Assembly: GCA_030390025.1 (NCBI GenBank)
Contig: CM059432.1
Location: 11,036,001 to 11,100,000, forward strand
Direction of reading: 5' to 3'
Source of the DNA: Squalus acanthias
Lineage: Eukaryota
Length of the DNA stretch: 64,000 bases
Under the pieces are notes generated by a model. The model did not search any database, was not told the DNA's origin, and saw only the letters and a list, made by a program, of their open reading frames with translations. The position numbers and the translations under genes were made by a program. Positions 49,398-62,659 of the stretch are shown here, piece by piece (the first letter of the stretch is position 1; each line of letters begins with the position of its first letter).

Positions 49398-49486
49398 GTG
49401 GAGGGATTTGAACTCGCGTCTCTGGATCATTAGTCCAGGCCTCTGGATTACTAGTCCAGTAACATAACCACTCTGCTATTGTTCCC
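49398..49486 (-). mobile_element. tRNA-derived SINE head
   Basis: Minus strand gggaacaatagcagagtggttatgttactggactagtaatccagag...gagttcaaatccc, with A- and B-box-like motifs. Confidence 0.7.
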
Positions 49487-50677
49487 GATAATGGTGTGTG
49501 TCACACTTGGTCACATGCTGCCTTGATGTCAAGGGCAGTCACTCTCACCTCACCTCTGGAATTCAGCTCTTTTGTCCATGTTTGGACCAAGGCTGTAATG
49601 AGGTCTGGAGCCAAGTGGTCCTGGTGGACCCCAAACTGAGCATCGGTGAGCAGGTTATTGGTGAGTAAGTGCTGCTTGATAGCACTGTCGACGACAACTT
49701 CCATCACTTTGCTGATGATTGAGAGTAGACTGATGGGGCGGTAATTGGCCGGATAGGATTTGTCCTGCTTTTTGTGGACAGAACATACCTGGGCAGTTTT
49801 CCACATATCACGTGGAGTGAATCGAATTGGCTGAAGACTGGCTTATGTGGTAGTGGAGACCTCAGGAGAGGCTGTTATGGATCATCCACTCTGCATTTCT
49901 GGCTTAAGATGGTTGCAAATGCTTCAGCTTTGTCTCTTGCACTCGTGTGCTGGGCTCCACCATCATTGAGGATGGGGATATTCATGGAGCCTCCTCTTCC
50001 CGTTAGTTGTTTAATGGTCCACCATCATTCTCTACTGGATGTGGCAGGACTGCAGAGCTGTGATCTGATCCGTTGATTGTGGGATCGCTTAGCTCTCTCT
50101 AGCATGCTGCTTCCACTTTTTAGCATGCATGTCGTCCTGTGTTGCAGCTTGCCCAGGTTGGCACCACATTTTTAGGTACGTCTGGTGCTGCTCCTGGCAT
50201 GCTCTTCTACACTCCTTATTGAACCAGGGTTGGTCCCCCTGGCTTGATAGTAATGGTAGAGTGAGGAATATGCCAGGCCATGAGGTTACAGATTGTGGTG
50301 GAATACAATTCTGCTGCTGTTGATGGCCCACAGCGCCTCGTGGATGCCCAGTTTTGAGCTGTTCGATCTGTTCTGAATCTATCCCATTTAGTACGACGGT
50401 AGTGCCACACAACACGATGGAGAGTGTCCTCAGTGTGAAGACAGGACTTCGTCTCCACAATGACTGACTGTGTGGTGGTCACTGCTACCAATGCTGTCAT
50501 GGACAGATGCATCTGTGACAGGTAGGTTGGTGAGGACAAGGTTAAGTAGGTTTTTCCCTCATGTTGGTTCTTTCACCACCTGTCGCGGGCCCAGACTGGC
50601 AACTATGTCCTCCAGGACTCTGCTAACTCGGTCAGTAGTGGTGCTACCGAGCCACTCTTGGTGATGGACATTGAAGT

Positions 50678-51772
50678 GGAATAGGTGGGTCAGTGGCAGC
50701 TTGGATAAGAAATTGGCTTAAGGACAGAAAACAGTGAGTTGTGGTAAATGGCTGTTTTTCAGACTGGAGGATGGTAGACAGTGGTGTTCCCCAAGGGTCA
50801 ATGCTGGGGCCACTGCTTTTTTTGATATATATACGTGACCTGGATATTGGAATACAGAGTAGAATTTCTAAATTTGCCGATGACACCAAACTTGGGGGTG
50901 TGGCAAACAGTGATGATACCAATCGACTGCAACAGGACATAGAAAGGCTAGCAGAATGGGCAGACAAGTGATAGATGGAATTTAATGCAGAGAAGTGTGA
51001 GGTGATTCATTTTGGCAGAAGGAACAGGGAGAGGCAATATACACTTAATGGCACAGTTTTAGAGTGTGCAGGGACAGAGGGACCTGGGAGTTAATGTGCA
51101 TAGGTCCCTGAAGGTGGCAGGACATATTGAGAGAGTGGTTAACAAAGCATATGGGATCTTGGGCTTCATAAATAGAGGTATTGAGTACAAAAGTAGAGAA
51201 GTTATGCTGAACCTTTATAAAGCGCTGGTTAGGCCACAACTGGAGTATTGATTCCAGTTCTGGTCATCACACTTTAGGAAAGATGTGAAGGCACTTGAGA
51301 GGGTGCAGAGGAGATTTACCAGAATAGTTCTGGGGATGGGGGATCTTCGTTGCAAGGACAGGTTAGAGAAGCTGGATTTGTTTTCATTAGAGCAAAGGAG
51401 GTTGCGGGGTGATTTGATAGAGGTGTACAAGATTATGACGGGTTTGGATAGGCTAGACGGGGAAAGGCTGTTCCCACTAGTTGATGGCACAAGGACTAGG
51501 GGACACAGATTTAAGGTTTTGGGCAAGAGATACAGGGGAGATGTGAAGAAAAACTTTTTTACGCAGTGGTAAGGACCTGGAACTCGCTGCTGACGGAAGT
51601 GGTGGAAGCGGAGACACTCAATGTTTTCAAGGGGAGACTGGATAGACCCTTGAGGGAAATAAACTTGCAGGGCTATGGGGATAGTGGGGGAATGGGACTG
51701 ACTGGATTGCTCTACAGAGAACTGGTATGGACTCAATGGGCCGAATGGCCTCCTTCTGTGCCTCTGACTCTT
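50678..51772 (+). mobile_element. 5'-truncated CR1 nested in the antisense LINE
   Basis: SGVPQGSMLGP, FADDTKL, QRRLRGDLIEVYKIM. AAGT duplication at 50674-50677 and 51773-51776 restores the host sequence. Confidence 0.9.
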
Positions 51773-53574
51773 AAGTCCCCCACCCACAGTACATTCTGTG
51801 CCCTTGCTACTCTGCTTCTTCCAAATGGTGTTCAACATGGGGGAGTAATGATTCATAAGCTGATGGAGGGCGGTAGGTGGTAATCAGCAGGAGGTTTCCT
51901 TGCCTATGCTTGACCTGAAGCCATGAGACTTCATGGGGTCCGGAGTCAATGTTGAGGACTCCCAGGGCCACTCCTTCCTGACTGTGTACCACTGTGCTAC
52001 CACCCCTGGTGGGTCTGTCCTGCTGGTTGGACAGGACATGCCCAGGGATGGTGATAGAGGAGTTTGGGACATTGGCTGAAAGCTATGATTCTGTGAGTAT
52101 GACTGTGTCAGGCTGTTGCTTGACTAGTCTGGGACAGCTCTCCCAATTTTGGCACACGTCCCCAGATGATGGTGAGGAAGACTTTGTAGGGTCGACTGGG
52201 CTGGGTGTGCTGTTGTCGTGTCCGTAGCCGGTGCCAAGGTCAATGCCAGGTGGTCCATCCGGTTCATAGTGCAGACCAAGCAAGGCTGCTACGATCTTCA
52301 TGACTTGCCTCAATGATTGGCTTGTTTAATTCAAGGCCTGTATGATCTGTTGAAGGAACGGTGGCAATTCCAGAGAAAATAGACTTCATAAGTTGAGGGG
52401 AAAAAGTGCAGATAATGCCAATACAAGATTTGTGTGCCTGTTTGTAGACCGTGATGGGCATAGTCTTGCTATTACCCGGACTATGCACCCATCTCCCCCC
52501 GCCGAGGAAAAATGTAGATCATGAATTTGATGGCAACAGCTATGTTTGCCGAGATGCATATCTATCTAGAGATCATTACAACTAAGCCAGCTTGCAAAGT
52601 GATCCTTCAGCCAATCAGTCCTAGAAGGCTGAGATCAACAAGGTGCAGCCCTCTCCTTAAAACATTGGGCTTAAGGGAGATTACTGAACAGATGTGTTGC
52701 CCGAGTAATTGCTTCATAGCAGGATGGGGCGTTCATTATCAAGAAGTACAGAGCCAGCTGCATACATCGCAACACGACCAGTTTTGAGCTGTGTGGTTGG
52801 GCCTGCTACTCATCAAGAGCCACATATTCATCAATCCCTAGGAGACCAGACAAAGTTCTACTGTATTACGGAAGGACTGACTTTTCCCTGACCTCAGCAG
52901 CCCAGGATCTATTTTGTGGAAATTTGGTGTGCTATGGTTATTACTGTCAGGTGTACTTATGTTCAGTAGGCTACGTACTGAAATAGGCTCTGTAATGCGA
53001 CGTGCAGTTGGGGGTCAGTAGGCTGATTCATGATTTGCCATAAGCAATCATCTACCCGAGTCCTTGGGTTGTTGTGCAGTGTAGCTCAGCGACTTCTGCA
53101 TAGGAAGCAAAAGGCAGCAAATCTTGGGAGTCTCCTACTGTCCCTTTCCTCTCTCTTTTAGTGGGTGGTTGAAGAGTGAAACTGGCAGAATCCTGGGATG
53201 CCATTGCCTGCCTCCTTTATGCTGGTGTATGGTGCATAACATGGAGGAAAAAAGTCTTACAATAATTCAGTTCAGACAGACTTTTTTTTAAATAACATCC
53301 ACCCAGCCATCTCTTTTTTTTCCCCCCAGATATTTGCTCCACTCCTTGAATTCTGACAATTGTGCCAGTGTTTTAGACACTAGCTTTACTTAGTTTGGAC
53401 AACCATATGTAATTAAATTGTGTTGTATGTACAAAACTGTTTAACTATGTTTCAATATTTCGGCAAAAATTCTGTTTTGTGAAGTGAATGAATATGCAAA
53501 GAAATTGGGTCGTACTTAACCACCGAAGAATAACTTAATAAATTGATAACTAAAATTAAGTTTGTTGTTTTCAG

Positions 53575-53701
53575 ACAAGAACAGCCAGCTTACAGGGGTG
53601 TATTTGCTCCTGAAGATTTATACTCATTCCCTGCAACCTCTGTTGGGGAATCAAGTACATTAAAGGTTCATTTACGCAATAGTTCCTCTGTTGCGCACAT
53701 G
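53575..53701 (+). CDS. CEP192: CEP192 coding exon 17 in window
   Basis: ttcag|A acceptor, ATG|gtgagt donor. Reads QEQPAYRGVFAPEDLYSFPATSVGESSTLKVHLRNSSSVAHM. Confidence 0.95.
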
Positions 53702-53900
53702 GTGAGTTTTTTTCCCTGTACGGCAAGTTTAAACATACTATATGTGCAGCCTCCTAAATTATTGGATTATTTATCATCCCGATGACAACGTTTTCAGCTT
53801 TTCATAAGCATACTTTAAAATCTATTTTCTATATTTTTAACAAAACAGAATTGCAATATACAGAAGCAACAATGATGTTTGTTCACACAAGTAACCACTT

Positions 53901-54386
53901 CATAAGAACATTAGAACATAAGAAATAGGAGTAGGCCATTCAATAAGATCATGGCTGATCTTCTACCTCAGCTCCACCTTCCTGCACTATCCCCATTTCC
54001 CTTGGTTCCCATAGTATCCAAAAATCTATCGATCTCTGTCTTGAATATACTCAACGACTGAGCCTCCACAGCTCTCTGGAGTAGAGAATTCCAAAGATTC
54101 ACCACCCTCTGCGTGAAGAAGTTTCTCCGCATCTCAGTCCTAAATGGCTGACTCCTTATCCTGAGACTGTGACCGCTAGTTCTAGACCCTCCAGCCAGGG
54201 GAAACATTCTCCCAGTATCTACCCTGTCAAGTCCCTTAAGAATTTCAATGAGAGCACCCCTCATTCTTTTAAACGCTAGGGAATATAGGCCTAGTCTACT
54301 CAATCTCTCCTCCGAGGCACTCCACCCCACCCACCCCCAATCCCAGGAATCAGACTAGTGAACCTTCATTTCACTCCCTCTAAGGC
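53901..54386 (-). mobile_element. CR1 LINE 3' fragment
   Basis: GLYSLAFKRMRG...FFTQRVVNLWNSL, with the tail cataagaacattagaacataag seen on the + strand. Confidence 0.9.
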
Positions 54387-56639
54387 AAAAGTAATTAATT
54401 GACTATAAAGTGCTTTGAGACACCCTGAGGACATATAAAGCATTGTATAAATTCTTTTTCCTTTGTCCCTCTTTTATTCTTTCCTCGAATATTGGATTTT
54501 TTGGAGATCAGACTGAGTCATTTCTCCTAGGTTTAAGATTCTTTTGAACAAACCTGGGATGTATAATTTGCTAACTGAACCGCTTCTACAGTATCTGAGA
54601 GTTATAGGGAATGTATCTTCCTACTTTTGGTCTTAACTTCCAACAATCCAGAGAATCTGATCCTTTTGGAGAATTGATGTCACAGTGATGCCTGGGGGCT
54701 GTGCAAGTTATGGATTACTCCCAAGCCTTGCAACTCCTGTACTTCCTTTTCTAGGTATCTTGTACACTATGAGGGACCAGATAATAATGCTGACATACCA
54801 GAATCGCAGTGTCATTCTTTACCTTGTGTTTGAACTATTGTAGATAACTGGGTTTGCCTCAAAATTGTGTAATACCTCCTCTGTTTAGACATAATTCCAG
54901 GAAAAAAACTCTCCTGCAAGTCACTTAAAACGGCACTTTGAAACTCCCCATTGTCTAGCCTTTGGTTCTCTATTCACCTTGATACTAATGCAGCTATCGA
55001 TCTCCCTACTCACACCCTCACTTCCACCTTTTGATGTCCTTGTCCCCAGTAAAACCCTTACTCTCTCCCACCCTGGTCATTCCCCTTGGTACAGCCCCAT
55101 CTTCACTCCCTTAAATCCAAGGAACACAGATTTGAACATTGACGGCGCACAACCGGTTTAGCCATTCATCGCCAGATCAGGCTGGGCCAGATCAAGCACT
55201 AGTGGGTCCTACTCTCCCCTGCCAAAACTGCTCACTACTCCCAGGATCATCCTGGAATGCAGAGATACCACCGGTTTCTTTTCTCCACTGCTACCGTCTC
55301 CTTAAACCCCTCTCCCCTGCCTCCTCCACCCTCACCCAGTGCGAGTAACTTGTGGATTTCTTTGTCATTAAGGTTCAGCTGCCTCTGCCGCATCCCTCCC
55401 TTCCCCTTGTAAACTAAGCCAATTCCTCTGGGGCGGAATGCCTATGGCCTAAGTAGGTTTTCAACCAAACTCCAGAATTTAATTTATAAATACAATTCAA
55501 CAATACAGCCATCACACACACCTGAATACAAGCAGGTTATGCAAATGTCCATTACACAGCAGAAAGAATGTTTTGGTTTACGCAGCTACTACTAACTGTT
55601 ACATACTTCGAGCTAAATATTAATAGCTGGGTGTGACCAGATATACACACTGATCAGCCGATAGCTGTTGAATCTCAGATCGAATGCACGAGCATTTCAA
55701 AGCAATAACTTCAACTGCTCTGAGAACAGAAGACGACTTGAGATCTGCAGTCATTGAGTTGTTTTTGTGGGGGGTTTTAAACTTTACTGAAGAACTGTGA
55801 TTTTTGTAAGAGGGTCTTGTCCTGCCGTCACATGCAGGCTTCTTCCTGTGGCCTGCTAAATGTGTTAAGCTGCTACAGCACATCATTGTGTTTGCATTGT
55901 GGCGCATAATAGTGTCATGACATGAGCATGCTGATGCATGGGACTGCTTTGGCATCCAACTCCTTGACCTACCTGCTGTACATTTAGGGAACTACTGTTA
56001 ACTTGCAAGGGTCACTGATCAACTTCAAGTGCATTATAGGATAGGGAAGACACACCTACGGTTTTGGAATCTTGTCTCCACAGAGACCAGAAACAAATGG
56101 CACTAGATACAGAAAAGTGCCACATGTAGGTAAGTTTAAATCTAATGCACTGAAAAGGAATTTAACTTGATCAGTCACCTTGAACCAGAGGTCTTGGTCA
56201 CAGCCCAATTCAGAGAATTTAATTTTAGTTGTACGCTTTTGAATTGTTGGAATTTTGGGAGCTGTTTCAGCTTTTTTGTATGTCAGAATTTCTGGCTTCT
56301 GTAGGCTGTCGCGTATGTTTATACATTCACAGGATCTGCTCTCTGCTGCAATTATACTGCAGTATATAGTTATAATGAGGGAAATGGCTGGAAATAATAT
56401 ATGGGATAAAGGGCATCTGTTACGCTATTTTAACACGAGCTTGAACGACCAGAGAAAAGATTGTGTACATTTGTTTCTGCATTGTATTTGTCTGTACTTA
56501 CTGCAACAAAATATGCCTCACGTGAAGGAGTAACAGATATTTCGTGCTGAGAGGATATAGTTTCACACTTTTCCTCCTCCTTCATCACTGAAAGCAGCTT
56601 GAGTTGCCGTATGATTCATTCCGATAATGCACCCTACTA

Positions 56640-57190
56640 AGCATGTGGTAGCACCTGTGGAGGGGAAGGTAGATGAGCTTTCGTCAGAACCGGAAAATGT
56701 ATCTCTTGCACTTGCGTGGGAAGGATCCCTGGAAGGGGCACAGTTGTTGGTGGACCTGGGTGTGTCACGGGGCAAACGGTCACTTCAGAATGCTGAAAGG
56801 GGTACGGCGGGGAAGATATGTTTGCTGGTGGGATCATTTTGGAGGTTGCAGAGATGGTGGAGGATGATCCGTGGGATCCGGAGTCTAGTGGGGGTGGAAG
56901 GGGAGACACTATCGTGCTTCTCGGAGGGAGGAGAATGGGTAAAGTCAGAAGTGTGGGAAGCGGGATGGACACAGTCAAGGGTCCTATCTACCACAGTTGC
57001 TTGCCACTTTAATTCTCCGTCCCACTCCCTCTGTCCTTGGCTTCATACATTGTTGATATGCAGTTCAACGCAAGCTCGAGGAACAGCAGCTTACTAGGCA
57101 CTTTACAGCTCTCTAGCATTAACATTGACTTTAACAACTTCAGACCTTAACTACAGCTCCCATTTTCTCTTGGACATCAGGTGCTGGTAA
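56640..57190. mobile_element. Rearranged Penelope-like fragments (minus part, then plus GIY-YIG end)
   Basis: VACHFNSPSHS and caagctcgaggaacagca match 45660-45830 on +. The preceding part resembles PLE sequence in reverse. Confidence 0.6.
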
Positions 57191-57289
57191 TGTCAGATGG
57201 GTATTCACTTGTCATTGATTTAACAGTAAATAAACTTGTGCTTCTAGCCCTTTGTTTGCTACTTGTTATAATGCGATGTGTAAAAGTAG

Positions 57290-57491
57290 TATGCATTTTT
57301 ACAATTTTTTTAAAAATCATATTCTTTATCACAGTTTTGCATAGTGCATAAAACTGTACTGGGACTAGTTGAAGATTATGTTGAAACCCATATGCATTTT
57401 TACAATTTTTTTAAAAATCATATTCTTTATCACAGTTTTGCATAGTGCATAAAACTGTACTGGGACTAGTTGTAGATTATGTTGAAACCCA
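57290..57491. repeat. 101-bp tandem duplication
   Basis: Two copies differing at one visible position (gaag vs gtag). Confidence 0.92.
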
Positions 57492-57849
57492 CAATAAGTA
57501 TGGTTTAGTCTCTGATTTTCCCCCTCCCCCTGGTATAATCCATGCTTATATTTGTGGACTTTTTACACATGGTAAGTGATCTAGGAAGGAAAAATAAATG
57601 CAATGATTGAAACATGTCATTTAATACAGATAATTTGAAGTGGTGCGTGTGATTTTAATATGCAACCTTGCTTCATGCCGTAAACTAAAATGGTGGCCAA
57701 AAGCCCTTCACATATCTTGTTTGAGTCCATTGCTGACTGACTTAAAGCTATTGGATGTAAACTGTAACTGAACAAAGCCAGTATTTTGTGATGAGCATGT
57801 GTTTGTATTTGCTTGTAGCTGTACTAATGCTTCTGGTGTTGATTTGCAG

Positions 57850-57908
57850 CTAAAGTTTGTCAATCCCAGGGAGCCATTTTATATCAAGCATTCCAATTAT
57901 TCACTGCG
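57850..57908 (+). CDS. CEP192: CEP192 coding exon 18 in window
   Basis: ttgcag|CTA acceptor, CG|gtgagt donor. Reads LKFVNPREPFYIKHSNYSLR. Confidence 0.95.
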
Positions 57909-59065
57909 GTGAGTGGTCAACAAAAAATCTGAAGCAATAAAGAGGCAAATCCTTGAGAATGGAATTATTGAGCAAACTAAGTTTCAAACCTTACAATTGC
58001 ACTGTTGTACAAGAAATTTGGATCCTAAAGTTTGTTCCTGTCCCTTGTGATTTATGCTGCGAGTCCTCAGCATCTTCACGGACCTCACTGTAGAGAAGAA
58101 TGTAGCTTCTTTCTATGTAGTGGATAATAAACAGAATATGCACGGGTATGGTAATTTTGTTTGTTCATGTGCATTATTAATTGAAAGCTATTGAGAGAAT
58201 GCAATCCAAGATTGAGAAAATGAAAATGGAACACAAGGCCAAAATGAATGAAGAATATTATAGTGGAAGGACGACTTTGATAAATATTTGAAATTTGATT
58301 GCACAATCCTGATGGCCAAAATTATGCTGCATAGAACTTAAAGGGAATCTGTATTGCACTGAAATTGATTGTGACAAATATGTATGTATTAGTGGTTTTC
58401 AATCCTGGAGAAGGTGGGGGAAAAATTTACAGCAAAGCCTGATTCTTTGCTCATCCAATATCTCCACATCCCTGACCAATTTCCTTTCCTTCGGGTGCTG
58501 AAGCCAATTGTAACACCCTTTACCAAATCCCCAGTTGAGATTAACTAATAGCGCTGACCAGGGATTGGATTTGTGGTTTCCTTTTGGTCTGTGTGGCTCC
58601 TCCAAGGGTTTGCCTACAAAACAGTGATTACACTTCAAAAGTAATTAATTTGGCTGTGAAGTGATTTGCGACACCTTTGAGGACTTGAAAGGCACTATAT
58701 AAATACGTGTTTATTCTTTCCTTCCTCAGTCCTCCATAATCTTCCATCTGTGTCCCAGAATCTTAAATTTGGGTTTTTAGCAGATTTTCGATTGTGCTGT
58801 TCCATCGACAAATGACTTCCCAGTGAGTAGATTCTTTCCCAGTCCTATACTTAGTCTTGCCGCGCTGCTTCCTTTCCTTCATCGCAGACAGAATAATGTG
58901 CCAATTTGTTCCACTCTCCTACTTTGAAAGAGCTCGCCCTGCCCTGCCCCATGAAGTGTTTCATTTGGTGAACCAACTTTACCCAGTAATTAGAATTGGG
59001 AACAATAAAATTGACAGTGAAATTGGATATGTATTTGAAGAGGAAAAGACAGAACTTGAGGTAGA

Positions 59066-59805
59066 GCACAGGAACCTAGGAATGGGAGTAGGCCATTCAG
59101 CCCCTCGAGCCTGTTCGCCATTCAACTGAATTGTGGCTGATCTGCATCTTAACTCCACCTACCCGCCTGGGTTCCGTAAACCCTTAATACCTTTGCCTAA
59201 CAAAAATCTATCAGTCTCAGTTTTGATATTTTCAATTGACCCCCAGCCTCAACAGTTTTTTTGCGGGGGAGGAGGAAGTGTTCCTGATTTCCACTACCCT
59301 TTGTGTGAAGAAATGCTTCCTGACATCACTCCTCAATGGCCTAGCTCTAATTTTAAGGTTATGCCCCCTTGATCTGGACTTCCCCCATCAGAGGAAACTG
59401 GTTCTCGCTATCTAGCCTATCAACTCCTTCAATCATCTTAAACACCTCAATTAGATCACCCCTTTATCTTCTATACTCAAGGGAATACAAGCCTAGTCTA
59501 TGCAACCTGTCCTTATAATTTAACCTGTTTAGCCCCGGTATCATTCTGGTGAATCTGCGCTGCACCCCCCTCCAAGGCCAGTATATCCTTCCTGGGGTGC
59601 AGTGCCCAGAACTGAATGCGGTGCTCTAAATGGGGTCTAACCAGAGTTTTATGTAACTGTAGCATAACTTCTACCCCTTTGAAATAAAGGCCAACATTCC
59701 CTTAGCCTCTTCAATTTTTTTGTACCTATCCACTCGCTGTTAGTGGTTTCTATACTTGGACCCCTAAAATATCTCTGCTCCTCCGCAGTTCCCAGCTTCT
59801 CACCA
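59066..59805 (-). mobile_element. CR1 LINE 3' fragment (older)
   Basis: CR1 3' UTR (gtaggccattcagcccctcgagcc) and degenerate ORF2 end on the - strand. Confidence 0.8.
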
Positions 59806-59978
59806 CAGAGCTTAGTTTTGGATTATTCTAGCAAAGAGCTGGCACACGCTGAGCCAAATGGGCTCCTTCTATGTTGTAAACTTCTAGGTTTCTAAATTTT
59901 GAACTTGGACCTTCAAAATGGGTTTCAATGCTACTGGCTATATGTTTCTCCTCTCCCACTTCCATTTCCAAATCAAGT

Positions 59979-60442
59979 TAAAAGAAAGACTTGCATTTAT
60001 ATAGCGCCTTACACGACCACCGGACGTCCCAAAGTGCATTGCAGCCAATTAAGTACTTTTTGAAGGTAGTCACTGTTGGAATGTAGGAAATGTGGCAGCC
60101 AATTTGCGCACAGCAAGCTCCCACAAACAGCAATGCGATAATGACCAGATAATCTGGGGGTTTTTTAAGTGATGATTGAGGGATAAATATTGGCCAGGAC
60201 ACTGGGATAACTCCCCTGCTCCTCTTCGAAATAGTGCCATGGGATCTTTCACCTGAGAGAGCAGACGGGGCCTCAGTTTAACAACTCCTCCGAAAGACGG
60301 CACCTCCGACAGTGCAGCACTTCCTCAGCACTGCACTGGAGTGTCAGCCTAGATTTTGTGCTCAAGTCTCTGGAGTGGGACTCCAATGCACAACCTTCTG
60401 ACTCCGAGGTGAGAGTGCTACCCACTGAGTCACAGCTGACAC
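59979..60442 (-). mobile_element. Deu-domain tRNA SINE
   Basis: Full head-core-tail structure, colinear with 31628-32076. Confidence 0.85.
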
Positions 60443-60620
60443 TACCTAAACTACCCAATGAAAGAAATGTGAATGCTGCTGCTATTCTCAAAAGATGCAA
60501 TTTTAGTGCAAGACTTATAATGGGAATGGACAAGTACTTGGATTGTTTTACTGGGGGAAAAGTTGACTCAAGTTTTGTGCCAATTCCTTTCATTTGATGT
60601 ATTTATTTTTTTTGGTTTAG

Positions 60621-60768
60621 TGCTCAACACTACATCAATCTACCCGTCCAGTTCAAACCAGAGTCAGGCGGCAGATTCGAGGCACTGCTCGTGGTACAAA
60701 CCGATGCATGTGGAAGTCTCCCTATTCGACTTACTGGTGAAGCTGTTACAAAAGTGAACAAAACTTAA
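60621..60768 (+). CDS. CEP192: CEP192 terminal coding exon with stop
   Basis: tttag|T acceptor. Reads AQHYINLPVQFKPESGGRFEALLVVQTDACGSLPIRLTGEAVTKVNKT*, matching the CEP192 C-terminus (AQHYINMPVQFKP). Confidence 0.93.
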
Positions 60769-61021
60769 CTGCTTTGTCAAATGAAGTGCCTGATTTGAAT
60801 GTCGGGATCTACCCCTACAAGGGAAAAAATTACACTCGAAACAGCATTATGTAGAAATCTTACAGTAACAATTTGAAAATGCACCTTTTGTGTACAATTT
60901 TTTTAATTGCGTATTCTGTAAATTAAGATATTTATACACTGATGCCATTTTGATTTAACATCAGCACAGTTACTCTTGAAAAGGAGGGAAAGTATTATAG
61001 TAGATGTTTGTACTAATACTA

Positions 61022-61163
61022 AATAAAAAGTCCCAGCTTGCTTTGGCAGGTTCTGCCCTTTCCTTCAGTATTGTATAACTTGAATTATTTTGCACAAGCT
61101 TTATTTTTGTGGCCATTTTGTACACATTGGAGCAGCTCTTTTATGATGTATATTTGAAATAAA
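61022..61163 (+). terminator. Candidate CEP192 polyadenylation signals
   Basis: AATAAA at 61022-61027 and 61158-61163. The second is followed by a GT/T-rich tract (~61182-61206). Confidence 0.6.
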
Positions 61164-61924
61164 GTTAGTCCTGTAAATTAATGTTTAATTGTTTTCTTGG
61201 CTTTTGAGACATTTCCTAAGTTTAAAAAGCAGAAAATAATCCTACAGGTGATGCAGCTTCAAATAGTATTGTTATTTAGTAGCTGTACTTGAGGCAATCA
61301 AAAAAAGTGGAGTTAAACACTGCGTAGGTACTTGCCATTGTTGCCTTTTCCGGGAGGAAGTCCAGGTTGATAATGGGCCAGACGATTAAGGACAAAGTTC
61401 TGTTATTTTGGAGATGTGGATCCTACCCATGTAACCTTTTGTCCCATGTTGTACCGGTTAATTATCAACACTTTTGATTAGGTGGAAAACTGGTTGCCTT
61501 CCGCATTGTTTCTGCAGTAAACTATGCGGAATTTGATTGAGATGTTAGCAAACTTTAAAGGGACTCTTATAGAATCATAGAATGATACAGCACATCGAGT
61601 CTGCACCAGCTCTTTCGAAGAGCATAAAGAAAAGAAAGAACTTGCATTTACATCGCGTCTTTCACAACCTCGGGAGTTCCCAAGTGCTTTACAGCCAATT
61701 AAATACTTCTGGGGTGTAGTCACTGTTGTAATGTAGGAAACCCTGCAGCCAATTTGCTTTTATTAGCAAGCTCCCACAAATCGCAATGTGATTCAGGCAT
61801 TTCAAATGACTTCCACTTTCCCTCTGCTAGCTTTATTACCTCAAATTACAGCATACTCTTTCATCAGTAACTACATTTCTATAATAAAAGCAAAATATTG
61901 TCCGCATATAAACTCCTGGTGCAG

Positions 61925-62365
61925 TGATTCAAACTCAAGGGACTTCAAGGGTTAAGTTACGAGGAGAGATTACACAAATTAGGGTTGTATTCCCTAGAAT
62001 TTAGAAGGTTAAGGGGTGATCTGATCGAAGTTTTCAAGATATTCAGGGGAACAGATAGGGTAGATAGAGAGAAACTATTTCCACTGGTTGGGGATTCTAG
62101 GACTAGGAGGCAGTCTAAAAATTAGAGCCAGACCTTTCAGGAGTGAAATGAGGAAACACTTCTACACACAAAGGGTGGTAGAAGTTTGGAATTCTCTTCT
62201 GCAAATGGCAATTGATGCTAGATCAATTGTAATTGTTAACCAAAGGTATTAAGGGGTGTGGGCCAAAGGCGGGTATGTGGAGTTAGGACGCAGATCAGCC
62301 ATGATCTCATTGAATTGCGGAGGAGACTCAAGGGGCTGAATGGCCTACTCCATTCCTATGTTCTT
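61925..62365 (+). mobile_element. CR1 LINE 3' fragment
   Basis: tagaatttagaaggttaaggggtgatctgatcgaag...gaatggcctactcc. Confidence 0.85.
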
Positions 62366-62659
62366 GTTGCTTGATCTTCTCCATCCTGTTTGATCTAAGT
62401 CTTGTCTTCTGTCGACTGTGTTGATCGAGCTTGAATAATTGATTTTCCTGTGGAACCTTTCTTCTAACACTAAGCCCTAACCAGACACCCCTGCCTTGCT
62501 GAGTTTAGGTCCGCCTATGGTTTTTTGTGTAAGAAGGTTATGGTCACTTTTTTTGCGCACGGTGACCATAATTTGAGAGAGAAGGGAGAATCGCAAACCA
62601 AAGTTTCACATTTAAGTAAAGCAAACTTCAAAGGGATGATAAATAAATTGGCCACGGTA

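Larger units (their letters stand above)
48231..52266 (-). mobile_element. Degenerate LINE of the CR1/L2/Jockey group, distinct from the CR1 copies, with nested inserts
   Basis: Fragments QQPDTVILTES, LITTYRPPS, NYRPISLLSIISKVME, ALDIKAAFDRVWHQG, AGVPQGSVLGP. A-rich 3' end at ~48231. Confidence 0.85.
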
